Source: a virus (taxonomy: Duplodnaviria; Caudoviricetes). From it: 29,871 bases of DNA. A program made the translations under genes and the position numbers. The stretch spans positions 1-29,871 of IMG/VR virus record IMGVR_UViG_3300021961_000428; one strand, written 5' to 3'. The notes beneath the pieces were generated by a model. The model was not told the origin of the DNA. It did no database searches and worked only from the letters and a program-made list of their open reading frames with translations. Positions 15,134 through 24,497 of the stretch are shown here, piece by piece (the first letter of the stretch is position 1; the number at the start of each line of letters is the position of its first letter).

Positions 15134-16099
15134 ATGTATACGAATGCAGCCGCAGTCTTTCGCGGCGATATCGCTGGTGTGCTTGAGCAGGCTAAGGACT
15201 GGGAATCCGGTCTGGTTGCCACTCGCGTGATGCCGGTTCTCCCGGTGCCGGTTCGCGCCGGCCAGTATCCCTCGTTCCTCCTGAAGGAAGGTCAGCTCCT
15301 GAAGAACGAGATCAAGCAGCGTGCGCCGAACTCCGCGTATCCGCGCGCGACGCAGGCTTACAATCAGGAGACGTACATCGCGCAAGAATACGGCGTTGAA
15401 ATGGGCGTTGACGATACCGTCGCGCTCGATGTTTCGCGCTTCTTCGATGCCGAAGTCGTTGCCGCCAAGCTCGCGCAGCGGAAGCTCCTGCTCGGTCACG
15501 AAATCCGCGTCGCTGGCAAAATCTTCGACGCTGGTACGTTCACGAGCACGAATTCCGGCACGGCCTACACGACGGGCAATCTAGCCTCGTTCGACGTTGG
15601 TGCCGACGTGCAGGAGGCGATTGATCGCCTGCTCGCGAAGGGTGAGAGCGTCAGCAATCTGCGCGTTGTCATGAGCGCGCCGGTCTGGACTCGTATCCGC
15701 GCCAGCACGAAATTCCAGAACCGCCTTCGCGGTGCCGGTCTTTCGAGCGACACGATCCTCAACGCGAGCACGCAGGCCGCTGCCGAAGTCTTCGGCGTCG
15801 CCGAGGTGCTCATCGGTCGCGCCAGCTACGATACCGCGCCGGAAGGCGTGGCGTTCTCTAGCTCGCAGGTCTGGTCCAACACGTACATCTGGGTCGGCAA
15901 TGTCACCGAGGCTTCTTCCGGCTTCTTCGGTGGCGGCGCGGGCTTCACGCTCAACTGGAGCGAGTACGGTCCTGCGGTCGGCGTGTTCACCTATCGCGAC
16001 GAGAGTGTGAAGTCGAACATCGTTCGCGCTTCGCAGTTCGTCGCCGAGAAGGTTGTGAACAGCAACGCGGGCCAGCTTATCGCGACGCAATACTCGTAA
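15134..16099 (+). CDS. Major capsid protein (HK97 fold, lambda gpE-like)
   Basis: Synteny, size 321 aa, VATRVMPVLPV..G.YP motif, strongly biased codon usage, followed by terminator. Confidence 0.82.
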   Translation: MYTNAAAVFRGDIAGVLEQAKDWESGLVATRVMPVLPVPVRAGQYPSFLLKEGQLLKNEIKQRAPNSAYPRATQAYNQETYIAQEYGVEMGVDDTVALDVSRFFDAEVVAAKLAQRKLLLGHEIRVAGKIFDAGTFTSTNSGTAYTTGNLASFDVGADVQEAIDRLLAKGESVSNLRVVMSAPVWTRIRASTKFQNRLRGAGLSSDTILNASTQAAAEVFGVAEVLIGRASYDTAPEGVAFSSSQVWSNTYIWVGNVTEASSGFFGGGAGFTLNWSEYGPAVGVFTYRDESVKSNIVRASQFVAEKVVNSNAGQLIATQYS

Positions 16100-16121
16100 C
16101 CTTTTTGTAGGGTTCATGGGG

Positions 16122-16153
16122 AAGCCGCTCTCGTAACTGGGAGCGGCTTTTTT
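16122..16153 (+). terminator. Rho-independent terminator
   Basis: Stem AAGCCGCTCTC / GGGAGCGGCTT with 6-nt loop followed by a T run, just after the MCP stop. Confidence 0.85.
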
Positions 16154-16171
16154 GACGCCTAGTGCAGAGCC

Positions 16172-17872
16172 ATGCGCTTTTCGCTTTGCGTGATATGCGG
16201 CAACGAGTCGCACCACATAGGCCAGATGCTCGCAGCATTTGCTCCTGCGTTCGACGAGCTTTCGCTCGTGCGCGCAATCGGCAAGCGTGTGCCTGACGCG
16301 ACAAAGGAGATCGCCGAGGAGTGGTGCCGGTCGAACGGCAAGGCGTTTGTTTTCTCCGAGTATATTAACGAGCCGACCGCACGCGATTGGGATCACGTTG
16401 ATTCATTCGCTCGTGCTCGCAATGCCGCATTCAAGCAGGCCAAAAGCGAATGGCTTTTCTGGGCCGACTGCGACGACGTGGTGCGCGGTGCCGAGAATCT
16501 ACGTCGCACGCTGGAGCAAGTCCCGGCAGATGTGCAAATGGTGCGCTTCTCGTATGACGTCAAAGGATCGAACAAGTGCTTGTTCCGCGAGCGAGCGATT
16601 CGCCGAGACGCTTTCCACTCCGGTCGAGTCTGGCATCACGACGTACACGAGAACCTGCTGATTCTCGCTGGCGACAAGCATCTCGATCTCGGCGACGTTG
16701 TCTGGGTTCACGCACCAAAAGAAATCAAGCAGGAGAACCGGAGGCGCAATCTCCGCATCCTCGCAAACTCGGTTCGCGAATGCGCGACGCAGTATTTCTA
16801 TATTCATCAGGAGCATTACTGTAATCAGAACCGCGAAGCCGCGCTGGAGTTTGGTCGCCTCGCGTTGCAGTTCCCGAATCTTCAACCGGCGTTCCGATAC
16901 GAGGCGTTGCTGAATTGCGCTCGTCTGACTAATTCCAGCCGCGAAGCGAAGTCTCTTTTGCTCGAAGCGCACGGCGTTTTCCCGTGGTGCCGAGAGGCAT
17001 TCGCCGGTCTTGTGCTGCACGCCTTCGAACAGAAAGACTATTCGATGGCTGTATACTGGGCGCATCGCATGACGGAATTGCGCGAGCCATTGAGCGACAA
17101 GCGACCGTGGACGCACGAGGCGAAGTGGTACGGCTGGGCCGGATACGATCTTGCCGCTCGCGCATTCCGAGCCGAAGGCAACAAGGCGATGGCGGCGGTT
17201 CTTCAGGCTCAATACTATCTCGGCAAGACTCCGAAGATTTCGCTCCTGCACGCAACGCGAGGTCGCTCCTCAATGGCGGTTTCAACGCGGGATATGTGGC
17301 TGAATGCGGCCAGCGATCCGACGCGCGTTGAGCATATCTTCGCGGTCGATGAGGACGATGCCGTCAGCGTTGAGATGGCGAAGCAGTTCATCTCCGTCAC
17401 TTCGTCGGACAAGTCGTGCGTCGCAGCGTGGAATCTTGCTGCGGCATCTGCGCGCGGAGAAATCCTCGTACAACTCTCGGACGATTGGGTGCCATGCGCC
17501 GGATGGGATGAGAAGCTGCTCGATCTCGTGAGGGATCGCGACGCTCATTCCGAGCCATTCGTGATCGCGCCGAGCGATGGAAGCCGGAAGGACGACTTGC
17601 TCTGCATGGCGATCTTGTCGCGTGCTCGCTACGAGCAGCAAGGACACTTGTTCTTTCCTGAGTATGAGTCTGTATTCAGCGACAACGAATTCTCTCACCG
17701 AGCATGGCGCGACGGCATCGTGATCGACGCGAGAGATCGCCTGCGCTTCGATCACCGGCATCCGGCTTTCGGCAAGGCGAACATGGACAAGACATATTCG
17801 CACACGAATTCCCGCGAGCGATACGTGCGCGGCGAGGCGCTCTTCAAGTCACGCAACCCAGACGCGAAATGA
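16172..17872 (+). CDS. Two-domain GT-A (GT2-like) glycosyltransferase with central TPR-like helices
   Basis: FSLCVICGNE, DSFARARNAAF, WLFWADCDD, VHENL in domain 1; helical middle. ISLLHATRGR, FAVDEDD, VAAWNLAA, QLSDDW, FSDNEF in domain 2. Confidence 0.85.
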   Translation: MRFSLCVICGNESHHIGQMLAAFAPAFDELSLVRAIGKRVPDATKEIAEEWCRSNGKAFVFSEYINEPTARDWDHVDSFARARNAAFKQAKSEWLFWADCDDVVRGAENLRRTLEQVPADVQMVRFSYDVKGSNKCLFRERAIRRDAFHSGRVWHHDVHENLLILAGDKHLDLGDVVWVHAPKEIKQENRRRNLRILANSVRECATQYFYIHQEHYCNQNREAALEFGRLALQFPNLQPAFRYEALLNCARLTNSSREAKSLLLEAHGVFPWCREAFAGLVLHAFEQKDYSMAVYWAHRMTELREPLSDKRPWTHEAKWYGWAGYDLAARAFRAEGNKAMAAVLQAQYYLGKTPKISLLHATRGRSSMAVSTRDMWLNAASDPTRVEHIFAVDEDDAVSVEMAKQFISVTSSDKSCVAAWNLAAASARGEILVQLSDDWVPCAGWDEKLLDLVRDRDAHSEPFVIAPSDGSRKDDLLCMAILSRARYEQQGHLFFPEYESVFSDNEFSHRAWRDGIVIDARDRLRFDHRHPAFGKANMDKTYSHTNSRERYVRGEALFKSRNPDAK

Positions 17873-18507
17873 ACGTTCCCGAGCATTATCAAATCGACGC
17901 GAAGACAGGCGCGCTCCGGTCGAGGGATCGTCGCGTGACTGCGGTTTACGATCACGCCTACGTAGCACGATATGAAAACTATCCACAGCGTGAATTGTCG
18001 GCGATCAGAGCGAAGCTAGTGCATCGCTTTTCCGAATTTGCGATCAATGTTTGCGACGTAGGCTGCGGCACAGGTGCTTTCCTCGAAGAGATGAAACGCA
18101 CGCAGCCGGGAATCGTTTGCTGCGGTCACGACGTTTCTCCTTATCCGCTTCCGTCTTTCATCAATCGAGTCGGCGCAGACTGGCACGAGTTGCAATGGGA
18201 CACGGTAACGTTCTTCGACAGTCTTGAGCACTTCGATTCGCTCGACTTCGTTGAGCATCTGCGCGCTCGTGCGGTGATCGTATCGCTGCCGTGGTATCAT
18301 CCTTACATGGGAGCGAAATGGTTCGCTCGATGGAAACATCGCAGGCCGGGAGAACATCTCTGGCACTTCACGCCGGGAAGCCTGACGAGACTATTCGCGC
18401 AGGCTGGATTCCGTCCGGTCTATGTCGGCAATCCCGAAGATGAAGTGCGCAAGCCGGATGCAGATTCCTGCGCTCCAAACATTCTGACAATGGCATTTCG
18501 CCGATGA
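17869..18507 (+). CDS. Class I SAM-dependent methyltransferase (probable sugar methyltransferase)
   Basis: Motif I CDVGCGTGAFL, VTFFDSLEHF, EHLWHFTPGSL; ATG 17869 overlaps upstream stop. Confidence 0.85.
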   Translation: MNVPEHYQIDAKTGALRSRDRRVTAVYDHAYVARYENYPQRELSAIRAKLVHRFSEFAINVCDVGCGTGAFLEEMKRTQPGIVCCGHDVSPYPLPSFINRVGADWHELQWDTVTFFDSLEHFDSLDFVEHLRARAVIVSLPWYHPYMGAKWFARWKHRRPGEHLWHFTPGSLTRLFAQAGFRPVYVGNPEDEVRKPDADSCAPNILTMAFRR

Positions 18508-19217
18508 AAATCTGCCTCGTATACAGTCAGCGACTCGGAGACATCATCCGCATCCTGCCGATTGCGCGTCATCTCGCGGCTCAAGGTCACGAGGTTTACG
18601 TCGAGTGCTTGCCGCAATACGTCGGAGTTTTCGGTGCCGTTTCCTACGTGCGACCGTCGCTTAGGGAATTGCGCGAATCGGAAGGCTTCGGCAGAGTCAT
18701 CGACCTCGAAATCTGGCCGCATCGCTATGACGAGTTCAGACGCAGCGGAAAATCGTGGGAGGATTTCGTGTTCGGAATTCATTCTGAGTTCTCGAACATC
18801 CATCGCAAACCGCACTTCGATTTGATCGACGAAAACGACGGCCTCGAAAGCTACGGAGTTTCCCGCGAGGTGTGCATTTTTTCTCCATTCGGCTACTCTC
18901 AGGCGAGGCACTATAGGTTCTCCGATCTGCTCGCCGAATGCCGCAGGCTCGCTTCCAAGCCAATCGTGACGCTTGCCGATCCGGCGCAGGCAAAGCATCT
19001 CATCGAAATTGGTTTTCCGAAAAACGAAATCCTGCGCGCTCGATCTCAGGCAGACTTGCCGCGCCTGCTGCGTGACGCTGCGGAGGTCTTCACGATAAAT
19101 TCCGCGCCATGCATCATCGCTGGTGCCGTCCGGCCTTGGTTCTGGCACGTCTTGTCCGGTTGTGCGCAGGATGACCACTACAGCGCAGCGTCGCGCGTTG
19201 TGACACTCGGCACTTAG
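18504..19217 (+). CDS. GT-B glycosyltransferase, GT9 (heptosyltransferase)-like
   Basis: N-terminal QRLGDIIRILPIARHL and C-terminal LLRDAAEVFTINSAPCIIAGA match the GT9 pattern. Confidence 0.7.
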   Translation: MKICLVYSQRLGDIIRILPIARHLAAQGHEVYVECLPQYVGVFGAVSYVRPSLRELRESEGFGRVIDLEIWPHRYDEFRRSGKSWEDFVFGIHSEFSNIHRKPHFDLIDENDGLESYGVSREVCIFSPFGYSQARHYRFSDLLAECRRLASKPIVTLADPAQAKHLIEIGFPKNEILRARSQADLPRLLRDAAEVFTINSAPCIIAGAVRPWFWHVLSGCAQDDHYSAASRVVTLGT

Positions 19218-19219
19218 GT

Positions 19220-19549
19220 ATGGCTGTAAAAGATTTCAACATTGAAAGATTGGCAATAGATGCCCTCGCGATTGGTGGCCCAGATGGGCAGGCGAGCGAA
19301 CCCTTCCTTTCTTCTAGTGTTACTTATTACGGAGTTTTCAACCAACTTAGTCGCGGAATCATTATGGAAGCATCCGGCTTCGTGGATGATCGCAGCATTT
19401 CTCTTTGTATTCCTAGAGCATCTATGACGGTTGGCTTTGAACCGAATACATTCATCTATCGCGTTTTCGATTCGACGACATATCAGATCATAACTATGAA
19501 CGCAGATGAACAATGGCATGACTACGCTTTGCGTAGGCCACTAGCATGA
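19220..19549 (+). CDS. Putative head-closure/head-tail adaptor (lambda FII-like)
   Basis: Size, beta-rich sequence, first gene of the neck cluster. Confidence 0.5.
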   Translation: MAVKDFNIERLAIDALAIGGPDGQASEPFLSSSVTYYGVFNQLSRGIIMEASGFVDDRSISLCIPRASMTVGFEPNTFIYRVFDSTTYQIITMNADEQWHDYALRRPLA

Positions 19550-20310
19550 AAATAAGCATCTCATTTGAGATTGCGAAAGTGCAATACCGAGCCGCGATAA
19601 ACTCTTTTGTGTATCAGCTCGGTGCAGATGGCACAAAGCTGTTGAAGGAAGAAATGCGGCTGCTCTTACGTGACATCATGCGATTCACTCCACCAAAGAC
19701 ACGCAAACAGGGTGAAGATGCAATTTCTGGCGATTTATATCGAGCTGCCTTTCCATTGCGGCCAGAGAAAATCAAATGGAAAAGGATGAAAGAATTGGTT
19801 TTGAGTAGAGATATAAACGCAATTCGCGAATTGTGGATGAAGCAAAGAAAGGGATTCTTTGCATATCGCCGACTTTTGCTATCAGTTGCGGAAATAAAGG
19901 AAAACCATAAGAGACATAGAACGCGATATGGGAGAGTCAGGAGCGATAAAAACAGAATGGCATTTGCTGACCATTGGGACACTTATACTAAAACCGTGCA
20001 GTCATTTGTTGGCTTTGCTAGAGCTGGATGGTCAGCCGCTGCAAATGCAGTAGGATTAAAACTTCCTAAATGGGTTAGTCGTCATTCCGGTAAGGCCGGC
20101 AGTGGCTATAGGCCACCTAGACCAGATAGGCTCGAAATTGAAGCGATCAACAGATCGTCTAAAATTCCGAATTACGAATTTAATGTAGTTAGTGCCGCAA
20201 CAAAAATGCGCGCAGTATCAATGCAAAAAGAATTGCAGAGGATTGTTGCTGGTGGAAAAAGCAGACGCGGATCGCTTGCAGCAACTATTCACGGTCAACC
20301 CGCAGACTAA
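19546..20310 (+). CDS. Putative neck/tail-completion protein (basic)
   Basis: Synteny; Arg/Lys-rich with FTPP and VGFARAGW segments reminiscent of HK97 gp10-like proteins. Confidence 0.45.
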   Translation: MKISISFEIAKVQYRAAINSFVYQLGADGTKLLKEEMRLLLRDIMRFTPPKTRKQGEDAISGDLYRAAFPLRPEKIKWKRMKELVLSRDINAIRELWMKQRKGFFAYRRLLLSVAEIKENHKRHRTRYGRVRSDKNRMAFADHWDTYTKTVQSFVGFARAGWSAAANAVGLKLPKWVSRHSGKAGSGYRPPRPDRLEIEAINRSSKIPNYEFNVVSAATKMRAVSMQKELQRIVAGGKSRRGSLAATIHGQPAD

Positions 20311-20312
20311 AT

Positions 20313-20804
20313 ATGTCAACGCTAGCAGACCTCTGGAACGAAGAAGAGAATTGGGTTGCATCGGTCGTTGCCGTCTTGGCGGCTGGCGGAACAAGCGTTC
20401 CTACCGCTAACATCCTTCCGGCCCAATCTGTCTCGTATTTCACGACTCCACGTATTGAGGTTGACGTTGAAGAAGTGGGACAGGCTTCGGATCAAATGGC
20501 TTATGCCGACGATGAGTGGTATTTTTCTCATCGTTATGCTTCACTGCGTATTGATGTTGTAACGAATCGCGTCTCTGAAACATACCAAGATCACGGTGAA
20601 ATTCGTGGTCGCGTTCGCTATTTGATGTCGCGTCAAGCGCAGTTGCTAACTGCGCCTGCGGTCACATGGTATCAAACATTGGACGTTAATGAAACAGGAA
20701 CATCAACAGGCGTACGCGATCCTGAGCAAAACAGGGAAGATATCACATCCTTTCGTTACAGAATCGAATATGGGATTCTTCCGGCAGTAGTTCCGACAGT
20801 TTGA
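20313..20804 (+). CDS. Putative tail terminator protein
   Basis: Acidic 163-aa protein immediately upstream of the tail tube gene. Confidence 0.5.
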   Translation: MSTLADLWNEEENWVASVVAVLAAGGTSVPTANILPAQSVSYFTTPRIEVDVEEVGQASDQMAYADDEWYFSHRYASLRIDVVTNRVSETYQDHGEIRGRVRYLMSRQAQLLTAPAVTWYQTLDVNETGTSTGVRDPEQNREDITSFRYRIEYGILPAVVPTV

Positions 20805-20834
20805 CATATTCGTTTCTTTTGAACCTCTCACATT

Positions 20835-21203
20835 ATGGCGATTCCTTATCTCTACCCATCCAACTTCCCATACGGAAGTCGCGTTGTTACTTTCACCTTT
20901 AGTGCTGGTGGCACTGGTGCTGCAATTCTCGAAGCGTTTGAATTCAGCGAACCAACCGCTGAAATTTCTCGTCAAAATGAGCTTGGAGCACCGAATGGAT
21001 TTGTGCTCATTGCAGAGCCTCGAACCGCTACTGCCACGGCGCAGTTGGCTACTAGCTCGACCACTTATGTTTCTCGTGGTGATTATCTGAACACGACGAT
21101 CAAAAATGGCACGAGCATCACCTTCGTTGTAACGAATGCTTCGAATCCTGAAGGTCCGCGAGAAGCCAAGAAGCAGACCCTGACGCTTCGCGAGGAAATC
21201 TAA
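20835..21203 (+). CDS. Putative tail tube protein (minimal)
   Basis: Thr-rich beta-sandwich-like 122-aa protein (ISRQNELGAPNG..TATATAQL) upstream of chaperone and tape measure. Confidence 0.55.
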   Translation: MAIPYLYPSNFPYGSRVVTFTFSAGGTGAAILEAFEFSEPTAEISRQNELGAPNGFVLIAEPRTATATAQLATSSTTYVSRGDYLNTTIKNGTSITFVVTNASNPEGPREAKKQTLTLREEI

Positions 21204-21260
21204 CAGCCTGAGGTTGCTTGTGCGGCTTGTGTTGCACCAGCAGTCAGCCAATGACGCCTC

Positions 21261-21890
21261 ATGGATCCACAAAAATTATGGGCGGAAAAATACGCGGCTC
21301 GCTTTGCTGAAGAACGGCAGAAGGAGGAAAGCCGACGCGAGCAGGCTTTTCTCGATCTGCCACACGTAGTATGCGGCGAGCCTTTGCGTGCGATGACGCC
21401 GCGTGATCTACTGCTGCTGAACGGAGTAAATTCTCCGTTCGTGTGTCCTATCGAGCCTAAGCCAGAGGACGTTTTAGTTTTCTTTTGGTTGCTACACGTA
21501 GAGAACGACAAAACGCAATCTTGGCGAACGCTACGAAAGCGTGATAAAATGATTCGTAGGCTAGCTCCTCAACCATATGAGACACTTGTTGGCTCTTGTA
21601 TGAATTACGTTGAGGAAATTTTTATGGATGCTGGCACAAATGGAAGTGGAGGTAATTCCGAGCGTAGGCCACTTGGCACGTGTTTCTTGGCTCCACTAAT
21701 TATCAATATCGCATTAGAGACAAGCTGGAGTCAGCAGGATATTCTCGGGACACCACTTCCCAGATTATTTCAATATATGAAAGCGATTCGGGCGCGTAAG
21801 GATGGTAAAGAATTTGTTGATCACTCGCCCAGCGATCTTCTGACAAGTGAGTTTCTAAAAGAACTAAGCTGCCCTGTGGTGGCGGCATAA
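21261..21890 (+). CDS. Putative tail assembly chaperone
   Basis: Between tube and tape measure; LRAMTPRD and WSQQDILGTPLPRLFQY resemble G and T chaperone segments. Confidence 0.55.
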   Translation: MDPQKLWAEKYAARFAEERQKEESRREQAFLDLPHVVCGEPLRAMTPRDLLLLNGVNSPFVCPIEPKPEDVLVFFWLLHVENDKTQSWRTLRKRDKMIRRLAPQPYETLVGSCMNYVEEIFMDAGTNGSGGNSERRPLGTCFLAPLIINIALETSWSQQDILGTPLPRLFQYMKAIRARKDGKEFVDHSPSDLLTSEFLKELSCPVVAA

Positions 21891-21894
21891 AGTC

Positions 21895-23136
21895 ATGGCA
21901 TTTCTTGCAGAAGTACGAGCGCGACTCGGTTTAGATACAGAAGAGTTCCGGCGCAAGCTGACGCAAACGCAGGCCGAAGTCGGCACTGCGGCAAAAGACA
22001 TGGGCAACAAGCTGAAGGGCAGCTTTGGTGTCGGTGGAGTATTTAAAGGATTTTTGCTAGGTTTAGGAATAAACACGGTTCAATCGGTCGTCGATAAGTT
22101 GGTTTCTGGATTTCGTGAAGCCGCAGAGCAGGCCCAAAAAATCGCCAACCTTACGGAAACGACGGCCGATATCTACGAGCGCATTTTTGCCGGTCGCAGA
22201 ACGGACGAGCAGAATCTGGCGTTGAATCAGCAGAAGCAGGCTAGAACGCTGCGCGAAATTGAGGATACGCGCGCCAAGACTGAGAAGCGAGTGACCATGA
22301 TTTCAACTGGCGTTGGCGGCGTTTCGGAGGTCACGGAAGAGAAGGTAACCAAAGAAGACGATCCATTGAAGCGCGCGGAGCTTGAGCAGCAGCTTGCCAA
22401 GCTGGCCGAAGAAGAAGCCAAGCTGAAGGAAAGGATCGCGAATAAAGCTGAAATCGCTGCTAAGACCGAACTCGACAACGCCGAAAAGGTTTATGCCGCC
22501 GAGCAGCGGATGGGAGAGCTAGAGGCCGCGAACAAAGCCAAGCAGCAAACGACGCTTGAGCAGATCGCAACTACGGAGGAGGAGATTAGAAACTTGCGTA
22601 CTACCATTGCGCTTTCAGGCGACGCCGATTTTTCGCGCCGGATCAGGTTGAAGGAGCTGGAAGGCTCGCTGCTCGACTTGCAAAAGAAGCAGACCGACGA
22701 ACTGGAAAAGCAGAACAAGGAGCGAGACGAAGCGGAAAAGAAATTGCGCGATGCATACTCAGATGCGTCAAAGGCGAGACTTGAAGAAGGAGAGGCAAAG
22801 CGCGAACGGTCAGCACTAACACTTGAAGAGGTAGCATCTGGAGCTTCCGAGAGTAGCCAGACGCAAAGAGCACGCGCGAGACGGGTTATGATGCTGGAAG
22901 CACGAGCAAAGCGTCAACGCGCACAAGGTTTCGAGGCAGAAGCTCTAAAGACGACTGATCAGGCTCTTGAGCTTAGGAAGCGAATCACTGGACTAAAATC
23001 GGCGGAATCTGATCCGCTGAAGTCAATGTCACAGGCAATCGACAAGAGTGAGCAGCACCTTAAAGACATTCGAGGATTTCTAGCACCGTCAGGCGCGAAG
23101 AGCGGCGGCGGAAAATCTGGCGAGGCTAAAAAATGA
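21895..23136 (+). CDS. Tail tape measure protein (short, 413 aa)
   Basis: N-terminal VRARLGLDTEEFRRKL typical of TMPs; long Glu/Ala/Lys coiled coil. Confidence 0.7.
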   Translation: MAFLAEVRARLGLDTEEFRRKLTQTQAEVGTAAKDMGNKLKGSFGVGGVFKGFLLGLGINTVQSVVDKLVSGFREAAEQAQKIANLTETTADIYERIFAGRRTDEQNLALNQQKQARTLREIEDTRAKTEKRVTMISTGVGGVSEVTEEKVTKEDDPLKRAELEQQLAKLAEEEAKLKERIANKAEIAAKTELDNAEKVYAAEQRMGELEAANKAKQQTTLEQIATTEEEIRNLRTTIALSGDADFSRRIRLKELEGSLLDLQKKQTDELEKQNKERDEAEKKLRDAYSDASKARLEEGEAKRERSALTLEEVASGASESSQTQRARARRVMMLEARAKRQRAQGFEAEALKTTDQALELRKRITGLKSAESDPLKSMSQAIDKSEQHLKDIRGFLAPSGAKSGGGKSGEAKK

Positions 23137-24032
23137 GCGTCACCTATTTCACCAAGGCGGGCCAAACGGCATTTAACGTTGCGACTACGGTTGGGCTTCC
23201 CGTGTGGCAACCCGTATTGCCGACGCCGAATGACAAAGTGCTTTTCCGGCAACCTTTCATGCAGACAGCGGCAAGCTACACGCCGCTTGCGCTGGATGCG
23301 GTTTACCCAGCTCAAGGCCAATACGGCGTTCCGTCTTCGCCGACTTACTATCTTGTTGCTGAAGAAAATTTCACGGACGTAAGCGGAGGAATCTTGTCAT
23401 GGGATCGCGTTTACGCGCGCGTTCCGCAGTCGTGGGATGATCCGGAGGAGTTTGTGTTTACGTTCCCGGCCTATCTAGAAAGCGCAACGGCCGGGTCAAA
23501 CTACGCTATCAGCAGCATCACGACTACGGGCGACAACATCGCCGTTTACTCGTCGCTTCCGTTCTCGACGGGTGACGAGGTTTACATTGCGGCCAACTAC
23601 GTTCGCGAATCTGAGACGTACTACATCGGCCAGTTCATCAAGACGGTCGGCGGCACGGATGAATCATTTGCGGTGGTTTCAGACATTTTCTTCGGCTCTG
23701 GCGCGTTCACGTCCGTCACTGGCACGATCACCAAGCGGGCCAAGTATCGCGCGCTTCCGGTGACGAAGGTGGTAGGCTCGCGCATCGTGAACGACTACGC
23801 GCTGACCTCGCCGACCGGGATAAATACCGCGCTGCCGATCATGGCGAAGTTTACGCCCATCGACGCCACGGGTGCCGAAACGGAATTCCTGACCACGGCC
23901 ACGCAACCCGTTTCGGCAACGTATGCGCAGATGGTCGAGGACTCAGTTTTGATTACAGCGGCCGATTCGGTGTTACGCCGCTTCTATGGCAACATCTATG
24001 TACGTTCAACGCGCATGGTGACAGCTTCCTGA
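23133..24032 (+). CDS. Putative tail-tip/baseplate protein
   Basis: Directly after TMP with ATGA coupling; Thr/aromatic-rich. Confidence 0.5.
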   Translation: MSVTYFTKAGQTAFNVATTVGLPVWQPVLPTPNDKVLFRQPFMQTAASYTPLALDAVYPAQGQYGVPSSPTYYLVAEENFTDVSGGILSWDRVYARVPQSWDDPEEFVFTFPAYLESATAGSNYAISSITTTGDNIAVYSSLPFSTGDEVYIAANYVRESETYYIGQFIKTVGGTDESFAVVSDIFFGSGAFTSVTGTITKRAKYRALPVTKVVGSRIVNDYALTSPTGINTALPIMAKFTPIDATGAETEFLTTATQPVSATYAQMVEDSVLITAADSVLRRFYGNIYVRSTRMVTAS

Positions 24033-24038
24033 TATTAT

Positions 24039-24479
24039 ATGCCCGACTCATCGCTCAAGATTGATTCACTGCCTGCCGCGTTTGCCAGCGTCGGCACGGC
24101 ACACAATGCGCTTGTCGATCTCATCAAGAACGCCGAGGGCGCAGGCGGAATCACCGTTTACGCGAGCGACGGCAAACTGCTGATTGATGGGTCGGGCGTC
24201 AGTGTTACCGGAGGACAAGCGGCCTCTCTAGTATTCGACGATGGAAATGTTCTGATAACAATAGATGCTGATGGAGTAAAAGTTTTGAATCAGGTTTCTT
24301 CTGATTATATCCAACTCCATAATGATGCTAGCTTAGAAATTTCGGATCATAGTTCTGGAAATTTCTTGGTGATTCAGCCCTCAGATATGTTTTACGGTAA
24401 TTACGCCATGCGTGAGTATTCTGTCTGCTCTAACGGAACTCCTGCAACTGCTCGTTTTTTATCGAGCACAACGTATTAA
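24039..24479 (+). CDS. Putative tail-tip/spike protein
   Basis: Short beta-strand repeats (LLIDGSGVSV, ITIDADGVKV, IQLHNDASLEI) suggest a beta-helix. Confidence 0.45.
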   Translation: MPDSSLKIDSLPAAFASVGTAHNALVDLIKNAEGAGGITVYASDGKLLIDGSGVSVTGGQAASLVFDDGNVLITIDADGVKVLNQVSSDYIQLHNDASLEISDHSSGNFLVIQPSDMFYGNYAMREYSVCSNGTPATARFLSSTTY

Positions 24480-24497
24480 CAAGCAGCGCGAAGTCGG

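Noticed and set aside
21204-21263. Possible structured RNA between tail tube and chaperone (TGAGG...CCTCA)
   Set aside because: Pairing is short and interrupted; no recognisable motif or U-tract.
21261-21890. Programmed -1 frameshift in the tail chaperone
   Set aside because: No convincing slippery heptamer with a downstream alternative ORF was seen; a single ORF fills the space up to the tape measure gene.
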